Below, one piece after another: positions 37,722 through 49,130 of a DNA stretch of 64,000 bases. Numbering within the stretch: position 1 is the stretch's first letter; every line of letters starts with the position of its first letter. Where the stretch lies: assembly GCA_973895155.1 (NCBI GenBank), contig OZ316899.1, forward strand, positions 6,575,241-6,639,240, given 5' to 3'. The stretch is from Marsupella aquatica. Its lineage: Eukaryota > Plantae > Marchantiophyta. The position numbers and the translations under genes were made by a program. The notes below the pieces were generated by a model. It had not been told where the DNA came from, did no database searches, and saw nothing but the letters and a program-made list of their open reading frames with translations.

Positions 37722-38294
37722 ATGGCTAACATGTTTGAGGGAGTTTGTGCCATTCTTCTAAGTAGTGATGGGAAAGTGGATACAATCTTTCACCAGTGTG
37801 TCCATGCACTGGCCCTTGGTGGTGGCCTATGGGAGAAACATTTGTCTGCACAGACTACTCACATTGTCCCAACTGATTGGGACATAGTGGATCGTTACTT
37901 TGATTGGATGGATTTTCTCTTAACATATCAGTTTCAGCACACTCACATTGTAAGATGGGATTGGATATTTGCATACAAGAAAGCAAATGCAATAGTGGAC
38001 ATCTTGCCATTCAAGTTGTACCCAACTCAACCATTTTGACAAACTAGCATTACTTCAAAAGAGGACTGTGATCGCTTTAGGGACCTCATGGTGGAGATTA
38101 AGGGGTACCAGGATGAGGTGCTCTATATACAGGAAAAGGGTGCTAAGAAGAAGATGTTGTTCAGGAAGGATTGTGAAGAGAAGTATGTTGCTAAAAAGAG
38201 AGAATGGGATGAGTGGCATAGAACTATTTCCCCTCCAAAGTCTCCTATCAACAATGAGCTAGGATGTAAAGTTCTTGCTGCATGTAGACATTGA
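37722..38294 (+). pseudogene. BRCT-like domain ORF inside the CACTA (190 codons, one in-frame TGA at 38037)
   Basis: MFEGV...GGG....LS..TTHIV...HIVRWDWI...DILPF matches BRCT spacing; ORFs 37722-38039 and 38088-38294 share a frame; TATAAA at about 37668. Confidence 0.6.
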
Positions 38295-38619
38295 TAGGTT
38301 TCTGCCTTTGAAGACCACTTTACATTGTGGCACTTGTATCAGTTTGTGTTTAAGTAAAGTGAAAATGTCTCATATATAACGTCGCTTCTGGAACGTAAAT
38401 TATTTTTGCATCGTCCTATACATTGCATATATAAAATAACGTTGTCCTTTGAGATGTAAAGTACAGGGATGATGGTAATTAACATCGTTCCAACAGACGT
38501 TAAATATAATGAACGTTGTCTAGTAAGACGTAAAACAAAATGAACGTCGTATATGAAATCGTTTAGGGTTGGAACGTTGTTGGTGGGAACTCAAAATCTT
38601 GTACGCACAACGTAACTTG

Positions 38620-39246
38620 TAACTCTACTCATCATCTTCATCAAGAGGTGATCTCATGAAGAGTTTTTGCCTATGAGGGAAGACTGGCACAATAATAGAC
38701 CATGATGGTTGTGTTTCCATGGGTACCACGAAGCACTGATCCACTTGGCTTGGGAAAACTACTAGATGTCACTATATTCTGTCCCTATTGGTGCCCTTTG
38801 TGTAGTGTCTACACGATAAAATCCACTCATCCTTGACCATTGTGGCTCTATGCGGAGGGGACATGATTGACTTGTACCATTTCACCTCCAAGACAACTGT
38901 GTTGAAAGAGCCAAAGTCCACCTCCAAAATATCCATAATGGTACCACGATATGGTATCTCATTTTCCCCCTCATACGTGGACATGAAGATAGAGGAATTG
39001 ATTGTTGTTTTCTTCATGTGATCAGTTCTCCAAGTTCTAAAGTGACGCCTTGAATCATACATGTGTGTGAGACATGGTTGTAATAGATGGCCCCCTAATG
39101 ATGTTTTGTATATCCTCCTCAATGGATGTCGGACCATGTGACCGCAAGTAACGGTCCATGCGGTCTTGCGCCCAAACACGCAATGAGTGCAGTTGTGATG
39201 TTTCCCGTGACAATGTCAATTGGTTATCCACCCATGCTCTATTCAC
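38620..39246 (-). pseudogene. CACTA transposase 3' part (DUF4216-like)
   Basis: PYRGTIMDILEVDFGSFNTVVLEVKWYKS. Confidence 0.8.
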
Positions 39247-39638
39247 ATACCAACATGGAGGTATTTACAAACGACAGCAAACAGTGATAGCAAACAGAAA
39301 CTGGTAACAGAAACTATTAACAGGAAAATGAGTGGTAATTTTTTTTGAAATTTTTGGAATTTTTTTGGGAATTTATTTATTTTGGTCAAAAATGTTTTTT
39401 TGCTAGTGCCCGGCGCTGGTAATGCTAGTGCCCAAAGCTAGCCAAAAAATGTTGTAATTTAATTGTTTTTGGAAAATGTGACTTTTTAGAAAATATTTTT
39501 TGATTGTCATTTTTCCTGGTAACAGTAATTTTTTGTTGGTAACAGGAAAATTTTGGCTGGTACCAAGAAACCTATTTCCTGTTTTTTGTCACGGGTGTCA
39601 CTTGGTATTTACAAACGACAGGAAACAACAAACAATAA

Positions 39639-39870
39639 ACCCTGAGTTAATCTACGCTAAGTTAATGCTGTCCAAGATTAGTGGGCCACCGTACGCTGCC
39701 TGTCCCTAAGCCCAATGCAGCCTGCCTGCTAAACCAAAGAACGTGAGTTTATGTTCTGGCATGGATGACGGGTTTATGTTTTGGCATGGATGACGGAACC
39801 TTTCCGTCCCCGTCTGTCATTTCAAAATCTGGGCGGGAGAGTGCCCAGCCAACCTTGCGGTCTCCCACTC
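39639..39870 (+). repeat. MULE left TIR (core)
   Basis: Reverse complement of 48540-48763 with few differences; patchy similarity extends inward to about 40325. Confidence 0.92.
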
Positions 39871-40322
39871 TCGCTCCCACTATCGACCCTGCACTTCTGT
39901 TTCACACACACCAAGGAGCGCACGAACATTGGGGTCGCACAAGAAAGCACAGGAGCGCGCAGGAGTGCACGAACATTCCCTTTGGTCAGATCCTTCAATC
40001 CTGACATTGCAATCTGCCTCATCTTTATAGTGAAATCATTCATACACACATAGAAGTCTGAAACCAACACATTGACATTTCCTGCTCAGGTATACTTTAT
40101 GTGATTCCGCATCTTTTATGTTCTGTTCGAGTTCATGTTCTGCATGCATTGAGTTGTGGATGCATCTTTTAGGCTTACAGTTTATGTTCTACAACATGTT
40201 CAAACAGGACTATAGAGATTCCGACATTGACATGGACATTCCGGATTTCCCGCAGATAATGTCGCCTCGCTTAGTGCATTTCTAGTCTGTAGTTTGCATT
40301 TTGCCTTTTCTGTAATTCATAG

Positions 40323-43300
40323 GCTTGGCTACATGGGAAGATCTGCAGAACCCTCGGCTTGGGAAATTCTCATCTACAGACCTTGCTTGGAGCCCTCACG
40401 ACGAGGCTATCATCCCGTGGAACCGTTTGTCAGATTTCAAGGATGGTGAGGGTAGAAGGGATCCCAAAGTTGAAACCTCTTTCCATATTAGATCTTCAAG
40501 GAAATCACCTTCAGAAAACACACACTGGGTCGAATACAAAATATTTTGGTGTTCCTATGGGCCCCAAGAAGAAGACTCGCAGAGTGTAATTGTTCCTCCA
40601 CTGCAAGGAACAAAACCAAAGTCAGGTGTTGGCAGTAGACCCGGATTACGGAAAATAGCATTCAACAATCATGCAAAGCGTGGCTGTCAATGCCACTTCA
40701 CTGCCCACGAGATGAGATCTAATCCTCATGCGTGCCAAATCTCCTACAAATTCAGGTACGGACTGAATGGGGGCATTGTTGTAATTCAAACCAGAAATTG
40801 TTCTATTCCAAGTATGCTAGTCTTTGTATGCTATACCGAATTGGTATGTGATGGTTTGCGTTTTGCCTTGTATGCGAACCTCATTGTCACACTTGGATTG
40901 CATTGTGCGGGTTTGCGTTTTGCCACCTATGCGAACCTCACCATCACACTTGGATTGCATTGTACGGGTTTGCGTTTTGCCTTGTATGCGAACCTCATTG
41001 TCACACTTGGATTGCATTGTACGGGTTAGCGTTCTGCCTCATATGCAAACCTCACTATCATGCTTGGATTGTATTGTACGGGTTTGCGTTCTGTCTATCT
41101 TTGAATTGAAGAGAGCATTGCAACCAAAGAGGGCAATTTGTGCATGGCGATTGGGATCCACAATTGGGCCCCCCCGCTTGGGGACCAAAATGCTCTATTG
41201 CCCCATGGCTAACCACTGAGCTCCAAAAGCACCTTGAGGATTTGCTCAGGGCAGGGTGGTCTGTCCTTGACATCTATGATCTCCACTGTCAGTTGCAATT
41301 TGAAAGAGATGGCCATGATCGTGGTCACAATGTCATTGACCCAACTGTCACACTCACTTTTGATGGGAGAGACGACCTGGTTTCTAAACAAGACCTCCAA
41401 AACCTAAAATGAAAAGTTGATAAGGAGACCTGGTTATGGGCTGACAACGACCAGGCCTCAATGCGTAAATGGATTGCATTGTATCCTGAAAGAGTGCTAC
41501 TCTCTCAGGAGTACATGGAGGGTCCTCCAGAACATGAATTCATGCTTTCATTGCAATCCCCTTGGCAAAGGGCTCAGATGACGCAGCTTTTGCATGGATC
41601 AATCTTGGCGTTGGATTCTACGTTTGCCACTAATAAATATGGGGTCAGTGCACCATTTGCTTTCGTTGAAGGTTCTGCCTCTCAATACCATGAGCTTTCT
41701 TTAAGTTTAGGTTCACCTATTCCCCTAACAAGTTATTTGTATTTTGTGTCACTCTTCTCATTGCATGTATGGTGTGTTAGAGTTAATGTTCTGCCTCTCA
41801 GTGGGACCTTTGTGTTGTCTCTACTTAATTGCATTTGTGTGTTACGGTTAATGTTCTGGTTTCTATTTGATATTTCTAAGGTTGTGTTTAATGTTCTAAT
41901 TTCTGTTTTGTGGTGCAGGTGCAGTTTCCTTTCTTCACCCTTGTTGCTTTTGATCAACACCAGATGGGATTACCCATTGCATGGCGTATCCAACAGTTCG
42001 AATCAGCAAAACACATTGGCACTTTTTTGAAGGTCGTTAAGGATAGTGCACTGGCAGTCAACCCAAGTTGGAGTCCTAGTTGCTTCATCATTGACTGTGC
42101 TCAGGCCAAAGTTAGTGCCTTGAAAGCAGTTTTCCCAAATATCCCCATCTATTTTTGCAGCTGGCATGTGAGACGGTATGTACTTGCCCAAGAATTGTTA
42201 TATTACTTATAAGTCATGGGTCCTAGTTTACGTTCTGCTACATTTACTCATGTGTTGGAGTCTATGTTCTGGTTGTGGTATTGTAGTGTTGTAGTTTAGG
42301 TTCTGGCAGATTCACATGCTCCTTTTGGCATATAGAGCTTGGAAGGAGAATTTAATTAAGACTGTACCAAATAGGACCAAGCTGCTAGACATGAATGATG
42401 ATCTGGGGGATCTGATGTATGCTCCTACTGAGGAAGACATGCATGTCAAGTGGCAAGCCTTCCAAGCAAAGTACCACATAGAACAACGATTCTTAGCATA
42501 TTTTGAAGACACTTGGATGCACAGAACAGGTTATTGTTCTACCCACCCCTGTTCATTTTCCCCTTGGAATCACATTACCTGGTCTCTTTGGAATTTGTTC
42601 ATGTTGTGGGCTAATGATGTTACATTGCATGGTGTTTTAATTACAGCGAAGTGGATGAGAGCTGTCAGAGACATGCCTCATGCTAACCAGAACACAAACG
42701 GTGCAATTGAGGCCTGGCATTTGACGTTGAAGAAGATGATCAAGAGAAATATTGGGTCCATTGGAGCTCTGCGTCTTGATAGGGTTGTGAATGCTTTGTT
42801 CCAGGTCATGCTTCATGGTACCAGCTTTGGTGCAAAGCCAGAGGGAGGGTCATTAATTATAGGAAGGAAGAGGTGGTCCTTAATAGCTTGCATAAGGCTA
42901 TGCACCACATGACAAACCACCAGATTTCATTTCCACATCCAGGCTTGCCCAACCAGGCAATTGTGCGAAGTTTGAAGCCTCATGGGAAGGAGCACACTAT
43001 TCGGAATATCTTTTCAAACTTCCCTTCTTGTGATTGTAAGTGGGCTGATGAAGGAAATATGTGCAAGCATCAGCTTAAAGCTTTGCTATTGAGAGTCCTT
43101 CATGGTGGCGTCCTAGTTCAACAACTAGGGTCCAGGTTTGGTACGCTGATGGGTGGCATCCACCATTTGGAGTCTAATATTGGCACTCAGACTACGGGAA
43201 ATGATCAGTCGCAACAAATGGAACATGAAGGTGGAGAGTATCATGCAGTCCATGACGGCACAACCACTGACAATTTGCCTGAACAAGTGAGCTCACATAA

Positions 43301-44008
43301 AACCAAACTTTTGTTTACCCTCTATTTCTTAATGTATAGCCTATGTCTGTATTGTCTGCCATCTTGTTTAGGGCAAAGGCTTCATCGTCTTTTGCCAGTA
43401 GTTCCACTTACAATGTCTCTTTGTACCAGGTTTTGCAGAATAGTTGTGTGTCTACCCAGAGTAGGGAGCCTGCTATGAGACAGGCTATGATGCGCATCTA
43501 CGATGAGATGTTGGCGCTTGTTGAGGGTGATGATGAACTCACAAAACAAGCTTTCTTGGCATCACAACTTACGCTGAACAAACTAAAGGCCCAACAACAA
43601 ATCCAAGTTCTGTCAGGAAAGGTTAATACAGGTCCTGTAGAGGCGTTTATAAGGCCTGTAGGTCTTACGTCAAAGTGTCGATTGGGAGTTGTAGATATTT
43701 ACCATGGGGGAAAGAGAGGGCAGCAAACTCAGGCAGGAAGAGTTTCACAAGCAAACCATTGCTCTGATGAACGTCTGGCGCCATCTGCACTGCCTTCAAA
43801 GCGCAAAGTCAGAAGAGAATCAAATAGACAACACTTATGTAGGATAGGCAAAGAATATGAGGAAGGTAGGCGAAGGCGGAGGACTGCAAATTTAGTCTTG
43901 CCAGTAGTTCCACATCGTGTTATGAATCTTGGAGGGGGTGGTAGGGATGTAGACATGAACATCAGTATTGACCTCAATGTTGCACCACTATTGGGAAATG
44001 ATGAATAA
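40323..44008 (+). pseudogene. MULE-type DDE transposase with SWIM zinc finger, spliced, lightly damaged
   Basis: KRGCQCHF, LALDSTFATNKY, FIIDCAQA...FCSWHVRR, NTNGAIEAWHLTLK, SWIM CDC......MCKH; TGA at 41410 and a frameshift near 42815. Confidence 0.85.
40853..41095 (+). repeat. 57-bp tandem array (about 4.2 units) in a transposase intron
   Basis: GGTTTGCGTTTTGCC recurs at 40853, 40910, 40967, 41024, 41081. Confidence 0.92.
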
Positions 44009-44064
44009 GATTCCACTTGTTGAGAAATTATGTATTGCACCATCTCAATGATGAGTAAGGGCCG

Positions 44065-44455
44065 TCCTTGTTTATGTGTGTGACAAATTGTAAACCTTCA
44101 CTCCCCGGTATATGTGATGACAGAACACAAACCTTGACTCCCCCAAAAACGGATGAGGAAGGATTGTCCCTCGGGTTGTCGGCCGTATATGTGTATGGCA
44201 GAACGCAAACCAAGACTCCCCCGGATGTGTTTCTGACAAAACGTAAACCTTGACTCCCCCGGATGTGTGTATGACAGAACGTAAACCTTGACTCCCCCAA
44301 AAACAGATGAGGAAGGACTGTCCCTCGGGTTGTCGACCGTATATGTGTATGGCAGAACGTCAACCTTGACTCCCCCAGATATGTGTAGGGCAGAACGTAA
44401 ACCTTGACTCCTCCAAAATTGGATATGTGTATGACAAAATGCAAACCTTAACTCT
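44065..44455 (-). repeat. Tandem array between the convergent MULE genes
   Basis: Repeated (g/a)cagaacgtaaaccttgactcccc units. Confidence 0.88.
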
Positions 44456-44859
44456 GGTCCCAGGGTCAAGGATGAGGGAGGTCGTCCTTGTCTATATGGA
44501 TGACATAACTTAAACCCAACAGCAAAGAGCTAGTTATATGTGTTGACTTTGTTGTGGCATAAGTAGTAGCACTTGGTTCAAATGTGTTGGGAACCAGACC
44601 GTGGCTTATACCAAGACAAGGGTATAGCATGTATGAGAAAAAACATATGAACACGCAAGTGTGTTTTTCCTCCTATGAAAGCATGTGTGAGGCAACGATG
44701 TCGGAGTAACCAGAACATGTAGTCCAAAATATATAGGGTCTTTTATTCAAAACTTTGTTCTGCTGAAACTGTCAACAAGCAGATCACAATACATATTCAA
44801 GACTTTAGTGTATTGACGTACAGTTGCCAAGAAGCAGATAATTTTTACATGTGATATGG

Positions 44860-47800
44860 CTACAAAACTACTGTTGTTGGCAAAGGATCCAATTCCAGGC
44901 CTGGGAATTTTGATACGTCTGCTAGAGCCCCAATGTCGTCAACTCTATGACACAAGGCTTTCCTAATCTGAAGGTCAATGAGAGCCCGTCAATTTTTTAG
45001 TAACAAGTCAACGTGCCTTGGCAGAATTGGGACACCATCCGGGCCAACCCATATAAACAAGTAGCCCGGCCACTGATGATCTGGATGAACCGGTGGAAAA
45101 GGCACGACCAGTTTCCTGCAAGTCAAAACATAAACCATTACACATACGGGAAACAAAAATCTGGATAAGGTTTACAGCTGAAGAAAGGGTTTGCAGTATT
45201 TGGTGATTACCTTGTGTGATAAACCCAATGCCAAATTTCCCGACTAGTGTACAGCTTGCGTCTCTTGGCCTGTAAAGACAACCAGATTTGCATATCGTTT
45301 GGGACTCCCAAGTTATAGGTGTGGATGAATGGAATACTCACTCCATTGAGAAGTAAGTTTGGCAAGGGATTGACAATCACTGTTAGTTTGTCAAGTGCAT
45401 GGGTTATTGCATTCCCCAATTCCTCTGTCCATTTCACCTTGCCCCAGGATTCTGGACCAGGTAGGGGTGCACTGGTCATTTTTGCATTCAAGAAGGTCAC
45501 CTTCTTGGCCTTTTTTGGTGGTTTGACCTGGCCAGCCCCCTTTGTCCGACTGCTTTGCGGTTGTTTTGCCCTACCCTGCATGCCAAAAAATGCACAAACA
45601 ACATCCACTAGTTCAGGATCGGTAATGACAATGAAGAAAGTACTTGCAGTATATAATAAACACACAATAGATCAATCAGACCTTCTTTGCAGACATGTGT
45701 GCCAAAAAGGCTTCAATACGAGTTTCATCTTCATGTTGTTCTTCATCTTGAACTTCATGATCTTTTTGATGTTCCTGTTCATGTGTGGATCTGTCCTCTG
45801 TTGTGGCTTCTTGGCTGTCTGTTGGCCCTTATTCGTGTTCACCTTCTTCTTGGGCACTGTCATGTAATGGTGGCGGCACAACATCTAGGTCTCCTGGTTC
45901 AGGGGCCCCATCATCTTCTGCCCCATTTGCTTTTACCTCATCATCGTCTGCTTCAGACCCATCATCTTCTGCCCCATGTTCTTCTACTTGGGACGCATCA
46001 GCTTCTCCCCAATCTGCTTTTGCCTCATGATCATCTACTTCAGCCTCATGATCATCTGCTTTAGCCTCATCATTGTCTGCTTTAGCCTCATCATCATTTG
46101 CTTCAGACTCATCATCTTTTGCTTGGGATGCATCATCTTGTCCCCCATCTTCTTCAGCCTCATCATCATCTGCTTCAGACCCATCATCTTCTGCTTGGGC
46201 TGCATCATGTTGTGGCCCATCTTTTTCTGCCCCGTCTTCTTGTGTCTCCTCTGTTGTGGCCTCTATTGTGGCCTCTGTCGCTTTTTCATTGTCTGCCAAA
46301 GTCTGGAAGGCAGACATGGCACAAGTGTACCACAAAGCCAAACAGGATGGTCACAACATAAACCATTACTCCACATTGAAAATGATCAGAACATAAACCA
46401 TTACTCCACGTTGGTAATGGCAAAACATAAACCAAAAATGCACAATATTGACAGTGGCAAAACATAAACCTAAACTCCACATTTGTATTGGTAAAACACG
46501 AACCATTACTCCATGTTCGTAATGACAAAACATAAACCAGAACTCCATATGAATCGTATTGGTAAAACATAAACCATTACTCCACGTTGGTAATGGCAAA
46601 ACATAAACCAAAAATGCACAATCTTGATAATGGCAAAACATAAACCAGAACTCCACATTCGTAATGGTAAAACATAAACTATTACTCCACTTTGTTAACG
46701 GCGAATCATAAACTAGAACCTCACATGGCAGCGTGATTTACCTCAGATGGAGGGTTGCTATTTTTCTGCCTCTTTGATGGTGGCTGTTGGGTTTTGTTGG
46801 TGGCTGTTGTGTCCAACTCTGACCTTCGACGTGCTCTAGAGGCTCTGTCAAGAACGGCCTTTGGCTACACACATGTACAGAAAATTGTCCCAGTAGTACA
46901 GAAACAAAAATGTCATTTGCAGTGCATGGCAAGACCAAAAAATATTTCAAAGTGCCTAACCTGCTGTACAGTTATGGTTGTTGCTTTCTTCTTCCTGGAC
47001 CTTGCAGGGTGTGTAATTGGCTCCACTTGCTCTGAAGTGTTGTTGGCGAGCTTGCTGGGCTGTGTGCGAGGCTCTGTGGGCTTCTTACGTCCTGGCTTAG
47101 CTTTAGTCCTAGCTATAGGTTTAACTTTAGCTTTAGCTGTACCTTTAGGTGTTGGCTTCTCATAAATTTGTTGTTTCTTGAAAACAATGTTATCAGCATT
47201 GAAGTTGGTCTGGTCTAAATCTACTTCAGGCATGCCATCATCGGAGCTCCAGTTTTCAATGTCTTCTGGAGCCTTTGCCTATGGACAAATACGCGGAAAG
47301 AATTTGAATTTAGATACAGAACATGAACTTGAACAGAACATGAACTCTGACAGAACATGAACTCAGATAGAATATGAATGTACATACAGAACATGAACCA
47401 CGACACAAAAATCATACCTGAGCTTGCATTTGCTCTACATCAATGTTCTCACATTTCCAAAATGCAATAATGTTGTCTTTTACAAACGACAACATTCCGG
47501 TGAACTCCATTGAACGCCTCCAATCATAGTAGCGGTCTTTTGCCTTGCTTAGAATCCATGTCATTTCATCCCCATCACTAGTCGACTTCAAGTTGTTTGC
47601 CCAACGAAGAAACCAAGTCATCTTCTGCCGCTTGATCTTCCAAACCCATCCGGGATATGACCCTACAATAGATAGTTGATTGTGTGCGGCAGCCACTATA
47701 GTGGGTGGAGCCCTTGTAGCACAAACAAAGGAGAAAATTTCTGAATATGTCACGCCGACAATATTCACGAGCCAAAACATAAACCAACCCATGGAACCTC

Positions 47801-48169
47801 TCAATACGCAGAACATAAACAAACAGACTTCGAAATAACGTCAATCCAGAACATAAACCAATAGTGCGCAACTCCATACCTATTTCGTTTTGACATTTTT
47901 GGACGACCGATCAGACAGTCTTCTGGATTCATGTGATGCACAGCTCGCATGTGATCCAGAAATGCTTGCTTCTTGACAAAATGCTGACATGAGTCATCAC
48001 AAATGATTTTGCACAAAAATCCACGTCCCGATGTTCTCTTGTGGGATGGATTCTTGGCTCTCATCCAATGCTCATTGATCTTGGCCTGCGGGAATTTGAT
48101 CCATTCTGCCTTCGGTGGAACTGCAGGTTTCCCTTTCCGAGGTTGCACTACTACTGAGTGAGGCGGCAT
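44860..48169 (-). CDS. Second MULE gene: spliced protein with a C2H2-like zinc finger, basic segments and an acidic repeat tract
   Basis: FLCKIICDDSCQHFVKKQAFLDHMRAVH; approximate exons 48169-47880, 47713-47417, 47279-46961, 46860-46742, 46301-45682, 45590-45211, 45115-44860 with GT-AG edges; one TGA near 44990. Confidence 0.6.
45890..46200 (-). repeat. Coding acidic repeat (about 21 bp, EAKADDD-like)
   Basis: tcatcatctgcttYagcc units; ORF 45829-46341. Confidence 0.8.
46350..46720 (-). repeat. ~33-bp tandem array in an intron of the second MULE gene
   Basis: About 11 copies of aaacataaacca...ctccac. Confidence 0.9.
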
Positions 48170-48539
48170 TATCTACCTGTTGTAGAACAGAAACTGTAAG
48201 CCTAAACATAAACTGTAAGCCTATGAATAATAGAAAAGGCAAAACGCAAACTGCAAACTAGAAATGCAATGAGCGAGGCAACATTATCAGCGGGAAATCC
48301 AATAGTGGTGCAACATTGAGGTCAATACTGATGTTCATGTCTACATCCCTACCACCCCCTCCAAGATTCATAACATGGTGTGGAACTATAAAGTATACCT
48401 GAGCACTCCTGCGCGCTCCACTGTTTGTGCACTCATGCGCGCTCCACTGTTCGCGCACTCCAATCCAATGCTTCAAGCCCAGCCAAGCTTGCGGTCTCCG
48501 ATCCAATGCTTCAGTGGAACTCCGACGATGGCATGCCTG

Positions 48540-48763
48540 AGTGGGGAGACCGCAGGCTTGGCTGGGCATTCTCCCACCCAGATTTTGAAAGGGACAGAAA
48601 GGTTCCGTCATCCATGCCAGAACATAAACCCGTCATCCATGCCAAAACATAAACTCACGTTCTTTGGTTTAGCGGGCAGGCTGCATTGGGCTTAGGGACG
48701 GGCAGCGTACGGTGGCCCACTAATCTTGGACAACATTAACTTAGCGTAGATTTAACTCAGGGT
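48540..48763 (-). repeat. MULE right TIR (core)
   Basis: Reverse complement of 39639-39870. Confidence 0.92.
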
Positions 48764-49130
48764 AACAATAACAGGAAACATAAACTGGTAACAGGAAAAT
48801 GAGTGTAATTTTTTTTGAAAATGTTTTGAATTTTTTTTTGAATTTTTTTGTTGTTTGTCGAATACATTTTTTTGCTAGCGCCCAACGCTCGTAATGCTAG
48901 TGCCCAAAGCTAGCCAAAAAATGTTGTAATTTTTTTTTTTTTTTTGGGGGGGGGGAATGTGACTTTTTAGGAAATATTTTGACACTGTCATTTTTTTTGG
49001 TAACAGTAAATTTTTGTTGGACCAGTAAACCTGTTTCCTCTTTATTGTCATGCATGTCATACCCCAACATGCACACACCTTATTAGGATTCATCGCATCA
49101 GCAATACATGAACAAGAATAGACTGAATTT

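Larger units (their letters stand above)
39639..48763 (+). mobile_element. Mutator-like element with long TIRs and two convergent genes
   Basis: Termini ACCCTGAGTTAA / TTAACTCAGGGT, 8-bp TSD AACAATAA at 39631-39638 and 48764-48771, DDE+SWIM transposase. Confidence 0.9.
39260..49063. mobile_element. Tandem dimer of a ~345-bp non-coding MITE-like unit; the second unit is split by the MULE
   Basis: Units start GGTATTTACAAACGACAG at 39260 and 39604; the second resumes at 48772 and ends ATACC at 49063; flanks CCAACATGGA / CCAACATGCA (9 of 10 match). Confidence 0.65.

Noticed and set aside
40853-46720. Regularly spaced repeats that might be read as CRISPR arrays
   Set aside because: The intervening sequences are themselves repeated, the context is eukaryotic and intronic, and there are no cas genes.
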